Source of the DNA: Octopus bimaculoides
Taxonomy: Eukaryota
Reading direction: 5' to 3'
Assembly: GCF_001194135.2 (NCBI RefSeq)
Contig: NC_068982.1
Span: forward strand, 177,987,589 to 178,051,588
DNA: 64,000 nucleotides
Below the pieces are notes generated by a model. That model had not been told where the DNA came from. It saw only the letters and a list, made by a program, of their open reading frames with translations, and made no database searches. The position numbers and the translations under genes were made by a program. Of the stretch, positions 14,701 through 29,200 are shown in pieces. The first letter of the stretch is position 1. Each line of letters begins with the position of its first letter.

Positions 14701-17700
14701 GTTTGGTAAACTCAGTTGCATAATAAAAGCAATTTTGCCTGATAGCTATTAACTTGATATTGTAACTTAATCACTTTGAAAAATCAGTCAACTGTTCACC
14801 TCTTTATGTAGAAGATACTGTAACACAAAGCAATCAGAAGAGCTCTACTGTAAGTACATGGGGATTACATTAACATGATATTCACTTTTAACAATCTATA
14901 TATAATAGTTTCATACTGTTTGCTTTGTAGATGTGTATTTCTGTATGTAATGTATAAAATTTTAATATATTATATTTTGATGACTGTTGTACAACTGCTC
15001 TCTTTGTGTTTCATTAATTCTTTCATAAAAATCTTCTGCTTAACAAAGTCTGATTTTCACGGTAAAAAATTGTATTATTGATTATTATCAGTGTTTCTCT
15101 TAAAAAATTTGATATTGAAAGTATAGAAGTCTAGTTGATATTCTATAAAATGTGTATTTTATTTATACATTAAAATACAAAACCTTGGTTTCACTTCCCA
15201 CTAAACTTATACCTTCCAGAATAGGCAGTTTCAGTTGGTTTGGTAACAATAGGGTTAAATAATGCAATACATTTTGTTGTTAACTCCAGGTGATCCCTAA
15301 TCCAGCAGACCCATAATAAAATGTTCCAGTCTTGATCAACCAGTTTTTCTTTCACACCCTCAAAAAGGGGTTTGAATATTAAGATTTTTCAGTCTCATTG
15401 TGTGCTTCAGTTTACAATAGATTTCACAACCAGTTGGCTTATTTACATCTTACACAAAGCCACCTCTCTTAGTACCACTCCCTCTTCCAGCCCAGGGGTC
15501 TTTGTCTTACAAGTTACTTGGCAACCCTGTTAGTACCACATAAAAAACACCCAGTACACTTTATAAAGTGGTTGGCATCAGAAAGGGCATCCTGCCATAA
15601 AAACCATACCAAAGTAAACATTAGAGCTCAATGCAGTTCTCTGGCTGGCCAACTCCTGTCAAACTGTCCAACCCATGCCAACATGGAAGATGAATGTTAA
15701 ATGATGATGATAGTATTTAGTTCTGAAGATGTGTTTGTATTGCTCATCTCTTGACATCAACCAGCTGTCTTTACAGAGGCAGGTTCTATGACATTATCAA
15801 AGTTTTATAATAGCCTGAAATCTTTTTTTACAATCTCTAATTGCTCAAGTGTAGATAAAGATGTGAAAGTACTTGGCTCAATGGTTAGTGTTGGGCTGAC
15901 AATCATGAGGTAGTGAGTTTGATTTCCGGACTGGGCTGTGTGTTGTGTTTTTGAGCAAGACACTTTATTTCACATTGATCCAGTTCACACAGCTGTAGAA
16001 ATGAGTTGTGATATAATCGTTGCCAAACTGTATTAGCCTTTGCCTTTCTCTTGGACAACATCGGTGGTGTTGAGAGGGGAAGCTGGTCTTCCATAAATAA
16101 CCTTTCCTGGACTTGTGCCTCAGAGGGGAACTTTCTAGGTGCAACCCCATAGTCATTCATGACTGAAGGGGGTTTTTACCCTTTTACTCTAGATAGAGAT
16201 AAGCCATCCTCAGCAGATTTTAAACTGATTACTGCAACAGTCTGTGGATCTGATCTTTCCTGGGTTTCTTTTAAGACGACTACATCTATATATATAAAAA
16301 TGAGAATGTCTGTCTGTCTGTGTGAATCCCTAAAACTCGAGAACTACGCAACCAATTTCATTCAAATTTTACACATGCCTTACTTAGGGTTCCAGTTGTG
16401 TTTTAGTCAAAAAAAATTATTAACTTCTTGCAGAGTTCGAGCACACAGCAACATAATATCTCCTCCACTATTTAAGTATTACGTGTCAAAAGTGAAACAA
16501 AAACACTCATGTCAAATACTTTCACTTTAAAAATGAAACTATTCCACTAACTGAAACAATCACATTTCGATACTGTAGTGACAGATACTTTCACAGAGAG
16601 AGAGAGAGAGANNNNNNNNNNNNNNNNNNNNNNNNNNNNNNNNNNNNNNNNNNNNNNNNNNNNNNNNNNNNNNNNNNNNNNNNNNNNNNNNNNNNNNNNN
16701 NNNNNNNNNNNNNNNNNNNNNNNNNNNNNNNNNNNNNNNNNNNNNNNNNNNNNNNNNNNNNNNNNNNNNNNNNNNNNNNNNNNNNNNNNNNNNNNNNNNN
16801 NNNNNNNNNNNNNNNNNNNNNNNNNNNNNNNNNNNNNNNNNNNNNNNNNNNNNNNNNNNNNNNNNNNNNNNNNNNNNNNNNNNNNNNNNNNNNNNNNNNN
16901 NNNNNNNNNNNNNNNNNNNNNNNNNNNNNNNNNNNNNNNNNNNNNNNNNNNNNNNNNNNNNNNNNNNNNNNNNNNNNNNNNNNNNNNNNNNNNNNNNNNN
17001 NNNNNNNNNNNNNNNNNNNNNNNNNNNNNNNNNNNNNNNNNNNNNNNNNNNNNNNNNNNNNNNNNNNNNNNNNNNNNNNNNNNNNNNNNNNNNNNNNNNN
17101 NNNNNNNNNNNNNNNNNNNNNNNNNNNNNNNNNNNNNNNNNNNNNNNNNNNNNNNNNNNNNNNNNNNNNNNNNNNNNNNNNNNNNNNNNNNNNNNNNNNN
17201 NNNNNNNNNNNNNNNNNNNNNNNNNNNNNNNNNNNNNNNNNNNNNNNNNNNNNNNNNNNNNNNNNNNNNNNNNNNNNNNNNNNNNNNNNNNNNNNNNNNN
17301 NNNNNNNNNNNNNNNNNNNNNNNNNNNNNNNNNNNNNNNNNNNNNNNNGGGCAGCAACAAAAAACCTATTTGTATATGCTCCACAAGGGAAAACAAGGAA
17401 CATAGTTTACAATGAGGTGTTATAATCACAACAGCAAGAAAGTATGTACATGATCACCTTTTACGAAACTTCATTGACTTTCATATATTTATATTGATAT
17501 ACATATATATACGTGTGTTTGGGTGCGTGTGTGTATATACATCTCTATATATAAAGATGATGCGTAGTCTAGACGGCGTTTTTTGATTTCATTATTCTCT
17601 TTAACCCGGGCAACGCCGGGTATTTCTGCTAGTTTTCAATAAATACTGCTCTGTTGTCCATGGAGTTAAAAAAATTTTAATTATATTTATGAAAATAGTA

Positions 17701-20201
17701 AATTGCTTTATTATGATGTGCGTAAGTATGTTTTCTTCCCCTTTAGCTATCTTAGTCACCATCGTAAATCCTCTACCTTAGTCTTTATTTCAAATCTTTC
17801 TTTCTCCATAGTTACTATCTTATACCCTCAACTTTAATCTTTAAGTATTTCTTCTTGCCCTCCTTAATCTTACTCTAAGTATGATCAGATAAGCAACTTC
17901 ATCCAAGCTAGCATTACTAACTTCATTTTATAGCTCTCATATTATTATTATTATTGTTATTATTATTTTTGAGTGAGAGAGCAGTGCATGCCATCAAAGT
18001 GACATTGGGGTAAAATATACGAAGCCCACTATACCCATCATGACTACCCGTCTGATAAGGGTACACCAGGCACATGTATCACAACCATATGTGCGCGACA
18101 TGGTGATCTCATATCAAGATAAACAGCGCATGACCTTGCAGGTGGGGCCCAGTTAGAATTTTCTTCAGGTCGAGTAGCCCATCCCGCTCAAAAGGTCCCT
18201 GAATAAGGTTTGTTTAAGGATGCTGAGCAAAACACCCATGTCTCTAAAAGTGAATTATTCAAACCCCAAAGAATTCCTCTCAACACATGGCTATGATGCT
18301 CCCCAACTACTTCTGCTCATGATCAGAGATGCACATATCGTCAGCCACCAAGGAACATGCTCAACTGGTTAAGGTCAAACAACTGACAAGCAAATCTGTG
18401 GTATTAAGCAGAATATTTGCTGTAGCCCATCTTTTATACCAAGACAAAACAATGTACATGATAACACTTCCAATCAATTAAGATCAGAAGCCATGAGAGC
18501 CACTATCTGGTACTGCATCCGGGCTACCATTGTGGAAAAGAAAGGTCTTGAAGCTTAAGGATCCTCTGAATGGACAGAGATTTAGAGACCTGTTACTTGA
18601 AGCATTTAATGTGCTGGTGGCACATAAAAAGCACTCATTATGCTCTTCGAGTGATCGGCATTAGGAAGGGCATCCTGCTGTAGAAGACTTGCTAAATCAG
18701 ATTCAATTTTAGTCAAACCATCTAACCCATGCCAGCATGGAAAGCAGATGCTAAATGATGATGATGATTCAAATATTTCCAGTAACATGACTGAGAGATA
18801 AAATGCTACATTTTTGTTATATTCTCTAGGGTAAAATAGTGAATTCTTTGCTACGACAATTACAACTTTTCCAGCACAATCCTGCAGCTTATCTGGCCTA
18901 CATACACAGGTACTGAATATTTTTCTGATTCTTTCTTTTTTCTAATTTTAATTTCCCTATCTACTATGTGGAAACTAATGAGTTTAACATTAATGTGGAG
19001 GGGCAATAGTTTATACTCCACTCAACTAGTTTCTTTTTAGTTTTTATTCGTTTGTCTGGGTAGAAAGATAATATCTATGACCATACTAGCCTCACTGACA
19101 AAGTAGACTGATGTGGTTAATATTTCGTGTGAACATCTGTCAATCAATGTCTAGAAAAATTGTAAGCAGTGTTGGAATTCAGAGAGTTGCAATTTTGGGG
19201 AGGAATGATTGAGAAAAAATTTTAATATTGGGTTTAAATGTATTTGACATTGTAGGTGTGAGAAAAGAGCAAGGAAGGCATTGGATGGGCTTCAATGGAG
19301 TGATATATATATAAATTCCTATTTAATTGGAATAGAAACTGTTGTAGTAACTGATAGAAAAGTGAAACAGTCCATTTGAGTTTTAGTGCAGCACTACTCA
19401 AAGTGGTGGTCCATGGACCAGTGCTGGTCTGTCAGCCATTAGCTGTCGGTACTCAGTGAGTTTCCAGAAAACAAAGAAACATTATTAAATGCTTATGTGA
19501 TATTGTATTATGTGTTTACAAAATAAATATAAGATAAAAAAAATTGTCAACTTTTATTATATTCATTATATATATAGTTTCCAGTATAAATTAATATTAC
19601 TAAGAAATATTACCAGTACCTAGTACACTGGAAAAAAGGAAAAAAAAACTGCCAGTATGCTACATCAGCTAGTTTGGGAAGTACCTCTCTAGTGTGTTGA
19701 TAACTGTATCTTCCTCAGTTAATCAAATGACCTTCTTTTAGGTGTGTTCTTAGATGTTTGGGTATGTAGCAGCAACACCATCCTAGATTTGTACTTGAGT
19801 ATCTCATGTATTAAGAGTATTACCATTCTAGATGTGAGCGGTACTTCAAAATATATGTAACAGAAATACCAGCCAAGATCTGTAGCCTTTATGATTGTCA
19901 GTAGTTGATCAGGGCCAAAGTATGCTTTCACCCTGAAAGTATATCCCAGATTTAGCAATGATGTTCACCAAAAGATATCAATGGTTGGGAAGCTGAACAT
20001 TTGCAATGATTTTGAGAATTTTAGTTGTGTGTTGCTTATAGAGAATATGTGTGGTATAAGTCTATTTCCTTCATATATGCAATGAGTCTATCTTCCTCTA
20101 AGACAGAATCATTGCTGGAAGACTTTGTGGTGGTGGGTGGGGATCTCTTTTGATGGAGCCTTGTGAATGGATTTTGTAGATGGAAACTGAAAGAAGCCAT
20201 C

Positions 20202-20232
<31 letters not shown>

Positions 20233-23200
20233 GAGATAGATAGATAGATAGATAGATAGATATAAAAGATAAGCAAAAATGAAAATGCCACTTTTTAAAA
20301 AATTGAGTGTTTTAATTGATTTATATTACAGGTTTCGGTTTTTTTGAAAAACCTTATGAAAAATGAGTATAAAATATGTGAGAAGAGAAGAGGGCTATTA
20401 ATAAAATAAAATTGAAATTAAAATTAAGAATAACATTCATAGTTTACTGTTATTTCTTGCATGCGCACGTGGTCCGTGGTCCTTTCGTTCTGTTCTGGAG
20501 GCATGGTAAGTTCAACTCACTGCGATAGTAAATTACTACTATCTGTTTTTGTAAATTAAATAGTGGTCAAGACTTGGTTTCTAGGAGTGGCTGTAGCTGT
20601 TGAATAATCAGCAGCAGTAATAATAATAATAGCAGTAGTCATCATAGTGAAGTTGTTCCCCCTGTGGTGTGATGGTATTGGGATGTGGGGGGGAGCAATG
20701 GTGGAATGTGGGTTAGGCTGAGGGTGGGGNNNNNNNNNNNNNNNNNNNNNNNNNNNNNNNNNNNNNNNNNNNNNNNNNNNNNNNNNNNNNNNNNNNNNNN
20801 NNNNNNNNNNNNNNNNNNNNNNNNNNNNNNNNNNNNNNNNNNNNNNNNNNNNNNNNNNNNNNNNNNNNNNNNNNNNNNNNNNNNNNNNNNNNNNNNNNNN
20901 NNNNNNNNNNNNNNNNNNNNNNNNNNNNNNNNNNNNNNNNNNNNNNNNNNNNNNNNNNNNNNNNNNNNNNNNNNNNNNNNNNNNNNNNNNNNNNNNNNNN
21001 NNNNNNNNNNNNNNNNNNNNNNNNNNNNNNNNNNNNNNNNNNNNNNNNNNNNNNNNNNNNNNNNNNNNNNNNNNNNNNNNNNNNNNNNNNNNNNNNNNNN
21101 NNNNNNNNNNNNNNNNNNNTATATATATATATATATATATGCATACACACACACACACATTTATGTATACTTAATGCTACCTACCTCAATCACAATCACC
21201 TGTTAGGTGAAACTCAATGAGACTGTAATTTTTTAATATAATAAACATTCATACAAGTTTCAATGTATATATGACAAAAAAGAAAAAAATTAACAATTCC
21301 TGCATATAATCACTACTTCTTTCTTTATTTTTTTTCTTCAGTCATTTCCAAGAAATCTCTTCAACTGCCTTTCTCTATTATCATTCCTTCTGCATGACTT
21401 CTGCAAATCCAAAGGCTTCTGCCAGGTATGTTATTTCCCATGTATACATTTTTCTCAAACATATTTCTTTTAATGTAGGTGCAGATATGTAACTCTTTAG
21501 TAAGTTAGGGGTTGCCTGTCTATGCAGTTGAAGACTGGATCTTGCAGACATTGCTGTAAGAATAGCCTTCATGGTTCAGCAGAGTGTGGTGAGCAAGATG
21601 AGGCAAGTAAAACATTTTTATCATCCACTGCATCTGTCTCCATCTCCTGTCATCTTGGCCTGGTCTTGCCACTGGATTGAAGATGATCAAGGACAAGAGA
21701 GTGAGGGTGATGCTGTGCAATTCTTCTTCGTTTTAAGTAAAGTCACTGCACAAATCATCAGTCATCTCTCAGGATGACTTGACAGTCCTCACTGCCCCAA
21801 AGGATAAACATAACGACTGTGTCTGGAAATGAACTTAGGAACCTTTCTTTTATTCAGAGCAAAACTCCTGCTGAGAAAGTTAAATTCCATAAAAATTCTT
21901 ACTGTTTTTAATGTCTGTAACCTTTTGTTTCTTGTTTGTTTTAACAGCTACATTGGCCTTGACAGATTAGCAAGAGAGTTTCGAGACACATCGCAACAGT
22001 TTCTAAAAACTTGGAATATTGTTCAAGATGATCGAAAAATTATTGAGGTTTGTTTGATTTTTCTATTTAACTTTCCTGTTAGTTTCAGTTTTCAATGATA
22101 ATAATTACAGGCTTTGAGATGTATTTACATTTCTCTATATGTAGAAAAATAAAGCTTTAGCAGTATAATTACTTTGAAACAATAACTAATAAGAGAGTGA
22201 AAGATCATCATCATTTTTTAATTTCTCTCTTTTATGCTGGTTTGGGCTGGGTGGTTTGACAGGACCTGACAGGTTCAAGGTCTACATCATGCTCCAATGT
22301 CTATTGTGACATAGTTTCTATATCTGGATGCCCTTCCTAACACCATTCACTTTATAGTGTGCACCAGCAGCTTTTCTTTCATGGTAGCAATAGTGAGGTC
22401 ACCATGCAGTTTGTAAGGCTAAGACCTCTTTGACTGTGTTGGGCTACAGTAGAAGGTGGCCATATGTTAAGTGATGAGAGGTTAAAGTTTAAAAGAAGGG
22501 GCAAGAACAGAACAAGATTTTTGCTTTAGAGGAGCTACATGACTACTCACATTATATCAGGTCATCCCGTAAGTTCTGTCCGAATTTTGAATAAAGAAAA
22601 CAAGTGATCAAATGTTATATTTAATTGAAATTTGATCATCAATGTACTTTCTCTGATTATCAATGACTTCATTCCATCTATTTACAAGCTTTTTAATCTC
22701 ATCAATGTAAAACTCTTTTGGTTTCAAAGCGAAGAACTCTGAAATGTCAGTTTCGACCTCCTTCTGTCTTGCGAAAGTTACATCCCCCAAATGATTCTAT
22801 AAACTACGAAACAAATGGTAGTCTGAAGGAGCAAGGTCGGGAGAATAAGGTGGATGAGGAATTTTTTCCTAACCAAGCTCTTCGATCTTCTGTGATGTGA
22901 TCTTTGCAGTGTGGGTTTGCGCATTGTCCTGATGAAACATCTCTCCTTTTTGATTCACTAAAGCGGGTCTTTTTTCTTCAAAGCTTGGTTCAAACACTCT
23001 AATTGCTGACAGTAGACTTGAGCATTGATTGTTGCATTAGGTGGTAACAATTCAAAGTGAATTACTCCTTTGCAATCCCACCAGATAGAGAGAAGAACCT
23101 TTTTCCCATGAAGTTCCCTTTTCGGTTGTGGTTGAGCTTTTTCCCTTTTATCAAGCCACTGTTTACGACATTTAACATTTCGATAGAAGATCCATTTTTC

Positions 23201-26200
23201 GTCACCAGTCACAAGTCTATCCAAAAAGGGTGAAATGAGTTCACAAGAATGGAGAGAAGAGCAGATATCAATTCAGGATTTGCAGTTGCTTTTGGACAAT
23301 TCATGAGTCACCCATTTTCCAAGTTTAGGAACCTTTCCAAGTTGTTGAAAATGACAATGAACAGTTGTATGGTTTGAACTAAGCTTTATTGCCAATTCTT
23401 CAACTGATAATACAGGATTTTCTTCAAGTAATGCCTCAAGGAGCTTATCACCAAACTCAACTGGATGTTCTGTTCGACCTTCATCTTCAAGGCTGAAATT
23501 TCCACTTCTGAATTTTGCAAAACATCTTCTGCAAGTTCTTGCATTCAAACATTCTTTCCCATAAACTGAGTGTATGTTTCGAGTCGCTTCGGCTGCAGAG
23601 TTTCCTTTTTTGTACTCATAAAGCATTAAGTGCCTTAAATGCTCTTTGGACACTTCCATGTTAGAAAGAGTTTTAATCAAAGAAATTTTAATTCTATTAT
23701 TCTGTAAGATAATATTTAATTAGTTTAAATGTACACAAATGCATAAAAATAATTTTTAATTCCATTAGACATTCTAAAATACTATTAAATTACATTCAAT
23801 TTTAAAAAAGGTAAAATCGGACAGAACTTATAGGATGACCTGATAGAAGAGAGGGTGATAGTGGAACCAGAATGTGAGACAAAGTAGTATTGATGAAGTG
23901 TCAGGTGAACCCTGAAAATACAAGAAGGTGAATAGAAAAGGGAATAGAAGAACAGGAAGTGAGGATGGGTAGAGGTTGCAAAAATATATGGAAAAAGTGA
24001 GAGCTGGTTAGATATGAAGATATGAAGACAAGGATTTGTGAGTGATTGATCATAAATAGACAGGGGAAAGTAGGGAAGAGTAGGTGATGACTGTAGAGAT
24101 TGGGTAGGTTGAGAGGTGCATGTATTGAATGGTGGACAATGGTAGAGGGGTGATGGATGATATATATGAGATGGAGGGAAAGTAGGGGAGAGTAGGTGAT
24201 GACTGACTGTACAGAAAGGTGCAAGAGTAGCAAAATAGAAATAATAATACAATACACAGAGAAAGAATGTGTGAGAGGGAGATGACGTATGGGTGGGTAC
24301 AGAGGAGAGGCACACAAAGTATGTATGGGAAAGTGTGACTTGTATGGTAGTTGAGAAGGAGAGTTCATTTGGTAGCACAGAAGGATAATCAATGTAATAT
24401 GTTAGTGGAGAGGGACAATATTAAGAATTAAAGTTAGAGGATAAGTAAAGTGGTTCTGAGAAGTGAGAAAGATAAATGGTATTATAGAAAAAGATGATGA
24501 AATATGCAGTTATGAAGTTAATGGAACGATCAGTAGTACAAAAATCATGGGTAGTGGGGAAAGCTTGATGATGAAATTAGGCAATGGGCACAGTTGCGTG
24601 TGTGTGTGTATCTTTAAAGAAATATTTTTACTATTAAAAATTATTAATTGTAATTTTAAAAAACCTTAAAAAAATACAAAATGACACAAATCTTTTGGAA
24701 GTTTATGTATTATGTAAGTGCTTTCCCTGTTACAGCTTCTTGGGTGGATGTTGTATTTTAAGAAAGTTGTTTTTAGTAGTGATGTTGACTATTTCTCGTT
24801 TAGTTTTGGATTTGGAATTCTAATAAAGTATTCATCTTTTGCTTTTCATATTTGATAATTTTCTTCCTTTATCTTGAAAATAGTGAATATTTTGCATCTT
24901 TCATTTGTACACATGTCTAGATGTTCACTGCATGAAACATTTCTAAGAGATGAATTATTGATTTGTTGCTTATTCACCCTAACCTGATGTATCAATTTTG
25001 ATTCTCATTGCACTATGGATATATGATGCAGTAAATGAGACATTTTGTTTTGCAATTTATCTTTGCATTAACCTTCAATTCCTTTGCAATCTTGAATTTT
25101 TTGGTTTTGGCCTGTTCAGTTGTTTTACATGTTTTGGCTTGTTCATTTATTTTACTGATATGAATTTTGCATTTGTTAAGAGTCTAAAGATTTGGTAGTT
25201 GTATTTGGGTGTTGATAATTTCTGATAATTAAATTTTTTTTCTGAGATTTGATGATTAGTATAGAATTGGAATTTATTGTTTGGCAGAATGTAAGATGCC
25301 ATGGTTTCTGGGATTTGGGGTAACTAAAAATGGAATATTTATGTTTTTTGTCTTCACTCTGTTAGAGTTTCTTGTAGGATCTCTTTTACTTTATTTACAG
25401 TATAATTTACTGGGTATTTTTTTGAGTATTTTTGTTTAGAACATCCTTATCTGTTACTAATTAGGTCACATAGATAATAGAAGTTTTGAGCTACCTCTAG
25501 AGATCCTTCTGGGTATTTAAGAAAATCTGTTTGCTGTGCTCTCTTAATGCTTCATAGTCTACTTTCTCTGTTAACCTATAATAATGAGGACATCAGCATA
25601 AAGGAGTTCCCATGGCTAACTGGTCTTAAACCCTTTTGTTTTGATCTGGAGGACTATGATGAATAGAAGGGGACTAAGAACTGAGCCTTGATGGATCCTA
25701 CTTGTACACTAAACTCATAGCTGTACTCATCATTAACTCTCACCTTACAGATAGCATCCCTGTACATGACTTGCATTATTCTTGTAAGCCATTCAAAAAA
25801 TAAATAATAATGATAGATGCTGTGATTGATTTTTTTTTTAAACAAGCTTGGATATACCAATTTGATTAGTCGACCAGAGATACACAAAAGTGACATTTCA
25901 ATATCTTTGGGCATAGAAAATGAAAACTCAGTTACCATACCTGCAATTGAAAATCTTGAATACCACACACCTCTGATCATGTCTCAGAAAATGTGTAAAC
26001 CACATAGTTTCTGCTTCTCTATTGGTTAAGTATTCCTTATGATGCTTGATGCTTAGCTTCTCTTCTAGCAACATTATATTGCTCTCTGCTGCCTCCTTTC
26101 TTCCAGTTTTTACAAGCCTGTCTCATTGCTTTTATGCCTCTGTCTACTTCACTGTTCCAACACAACATTGCCTTCAGTCTGAGATCTTGCAGCAACCACA

Positions 26201-29200
26201 AAATGGATGAATAGCTCTCAGTAGATTAAGTCTCTATTTTTATATTTCTGTCATAGGCATAATTAGAACTTCTCTGAATCAGTGACCAACTGAGGGCACT
26301 TTTAGCTTCCGTTTCCAAATTGTTTTTTTTGCTTCTGAGTCTGCCTTGCTCTTACTCTGAGATCACAAATTTAATGACATGTGCATTCTTCATCAGAAAA
26401 AGGCTTGATCATCATCATCAGAATGTACCGACAGGCGACCGCTAAGTTGTTCGCCCAGCATGCTAACATTTCTCACAAATCTAATTTGACATGTGCATGA
26501 GCGTGGCCGTTGCCAGTACCGCCTGACTGGCTCCCGTAGGATTTTCGAGCGAGATCGTTGCCAGTGCCCCTGGACTGGCTTGTGCGGGTGGCACATAAAA
26601 GACACCATTTCGAGCGTGGCCGTTTTCGTGTGGGTGACACGTAAAAGCACCCACTACACTCTCTGAGTGGTTGGCGTTAGGAAGGGCATCCAGCTGTAGA
26701 AACTCTGCCAAATTAGACTGAAGCCTGGTGTTGCCATCCAGTTTCACCAGTCCTCAGTCAAATCGTCCAACCCATGCTAGCATGGAAAGCGGACGTTAAA
26801 CGATGATGATGATGATGATGATTCTTCATCAGAGAAAGGCTTGATACATATACAACAATTTACCTATCCTGCTTTCAGGTGAGAATAGAATGTATTGACT
26901 ACAGTGCTAACCTGATTGATAAGAGAACAGTTGGCTGGCCAGTTTCCTGAAATTTGTATCACACATGGTTAGGTCATATGTATCACAGAATTCCAGGAGT
27001 CTTGATTCCTTCTCATTCCTTATAACATATTCATAATCTCCATACACACCAGAGAAGCCATCTTAGTGTTGTTCAATATGTTCTTAAAATCTCCAGCAGT
27101 GATAATGAAGTCACTTTCATTTGTAGTTGAGGCTAGTCAACAGGAGGGCCTCATAAAGGCAGTTCTTTCATTTATGTGCCTCTCCTGACTGTGATGTATA
27201 TGTTGAGATGTTTGTCACTGTTGTTTTTGACTAGCTTAAGCATAATTATCCTATTCCATACTCTGACTTTTTCAATTATCTCTTAATATTACCTTTATTA
27301 ACAGAATATTGCTTATCAGTGTTTTAAAAATTAATTTTTAGTTAATGAGCTTTCATATAGAGACTGTTGACATTCTGTCTATTGAATGTAAAATTATGTT
27401 CATTCTGGAAATGCCTTACCCTAAAATAATCCATATAGTGTTGATTATTTGGTGCTGGTGTTGCACCATCAGAAAGTTACAGCTATACAAGAAATCACGT
27501 TCAGTTATTTGTTGTCAAAAAAGTAGCAGTTTGTTTCTACCACAGTAGTTTTTACTACAGACTATTAAACACAAGATGAAAAAAATCATAGATTCTTATG
27601 CTTTTGTGCTTTTTTTTTTTCAGTTTCTTGCAAGTTTAATTTTGAAACAGGTTCTAGAGGAAGCACAGGAAAAGGGAGCTTGGATAGGAAATAAAGGTAA
27701 ATAATTTTATATATACATCCACTCAGCTTATTGTCAGTCTTTTGATTTACACAATCATACAGAATATGATTGATGTTTTAAATTTTTAATGGCGATAAAG
27801 AGTTTTTAAAATATATTAGTTCTTGCACTTTTCAAACTAAGTTATTATTTCATCACAGTATTTATTTTTTTACTCCTGCTGGAACATACTCCTAATCAAA
27901 TTATAAGAGTTGTTGACTGTAACAAGATTTTGAAGATGAAATGATAATTAAAGAAGTCCTTAGGGACTCATTATAAGTTGAAAATGCTATATTACTCAAC
28001 GTTATCATAAATTATGATAATAGACATCTGAAATCTTGTTATTGTGAATAAGAAAGTAGGACAAGATATGAGTAGAGTGAAAAGTAGACAGTGTTGTTAG
28101 CATAATACTAGTGTATGTAATGAAATGGCATGAGGAAGTCAGCACAGAACTAAAAGCTTTTTACCAGTTAGTTGTCTTTCACCACTGAGCTATGTGCCTT
28201 CACATGTTTGAGAGTCAGGCTTACAGTCATGAGGTTGTGAGTTCGATTCCTGGACTGGGCTGTGTGTTGTGTTCTTGAGCAAGACACTTTATTTCATGTT
28301 GCTCCAGTTCATTCAGCTGTAGAAATGAGTTGTAACATCACTAGTACCAAGATTTATTAGCCTTTGCCTTTCTCTAGGACAACATCACTGAGGGGAGATT
28401 GGTATGCATGTGCTCTTCCACAAACAAGCTTGCCCAGACTTGTGCCTTGGAGGGGAACTTTCTAGATGCAATCCCATGGTCATTTATGACCGAAAGGGGT
28501 CTTTACTCTTTACTCTGTCTTAACCTGAGAGTCATCAAATTACTTGCCAGGTGACAAAAGAGGAGAGTACAAGACAAGCAAAGAGAGTAACATGACACCC
28601 TCTTTGGATACAGATCAAGTGAAGAGAGTACAGGTCAAGAGTTGAAGCTACATATCAGGTGATTGTAACAGTTTATTTCCATACTATGGAATATTATGTT
28701 TAGGTCTATATTGTATTCTATTGTGGAGGCACAGTGGCCCAGTGGTTAGGGCAGCGGACTCGCGGTCATAGGATTGCAGTTTCGATTCTCAGACTGGGCG
28801 TTGTGAGTGTTTATTGAGTGAAAACACCTAAAAGCTCCACGAGGCTCCAGCAGGGGATGGTGGCGAACCCTGCTGTACTCTTTCACCACAACTTTCTCTC
28901 CCTCTTACTTCCTGTTTCTGTTGTGCCTGTAATTCAAAGGGCCAGCCTTGTCACACTGTGTCACGCTGAATATCCCCGAGAACTACGTTAAGGGTACACG
29001 TGTCTGTGGAGTGCTCAGACACTTGCACGTTAATTTCACGAGCAGGCTGTTCCGTTGATCGGATCAACTGGAACCCTCGACGTCGTAAGCGACGGAGTGC
29101 CAACAACAACAAATGTATTCTATATTTGTGTTTTTACTACAATGTTTTTGCATCTTTTCATGTTTCCAGACTTCTAGAATTTGTTGCAGTGGTCTGAACA

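Noticed and set aside
20459-20511. NRF1/E-box-like motifs plus ATG|GTAAGT as an internal SMCR8 first exon
   Set aside because: Phase 0 would be out of frame with the next exon (phase 2); probably repeat-derived and next to a gap.
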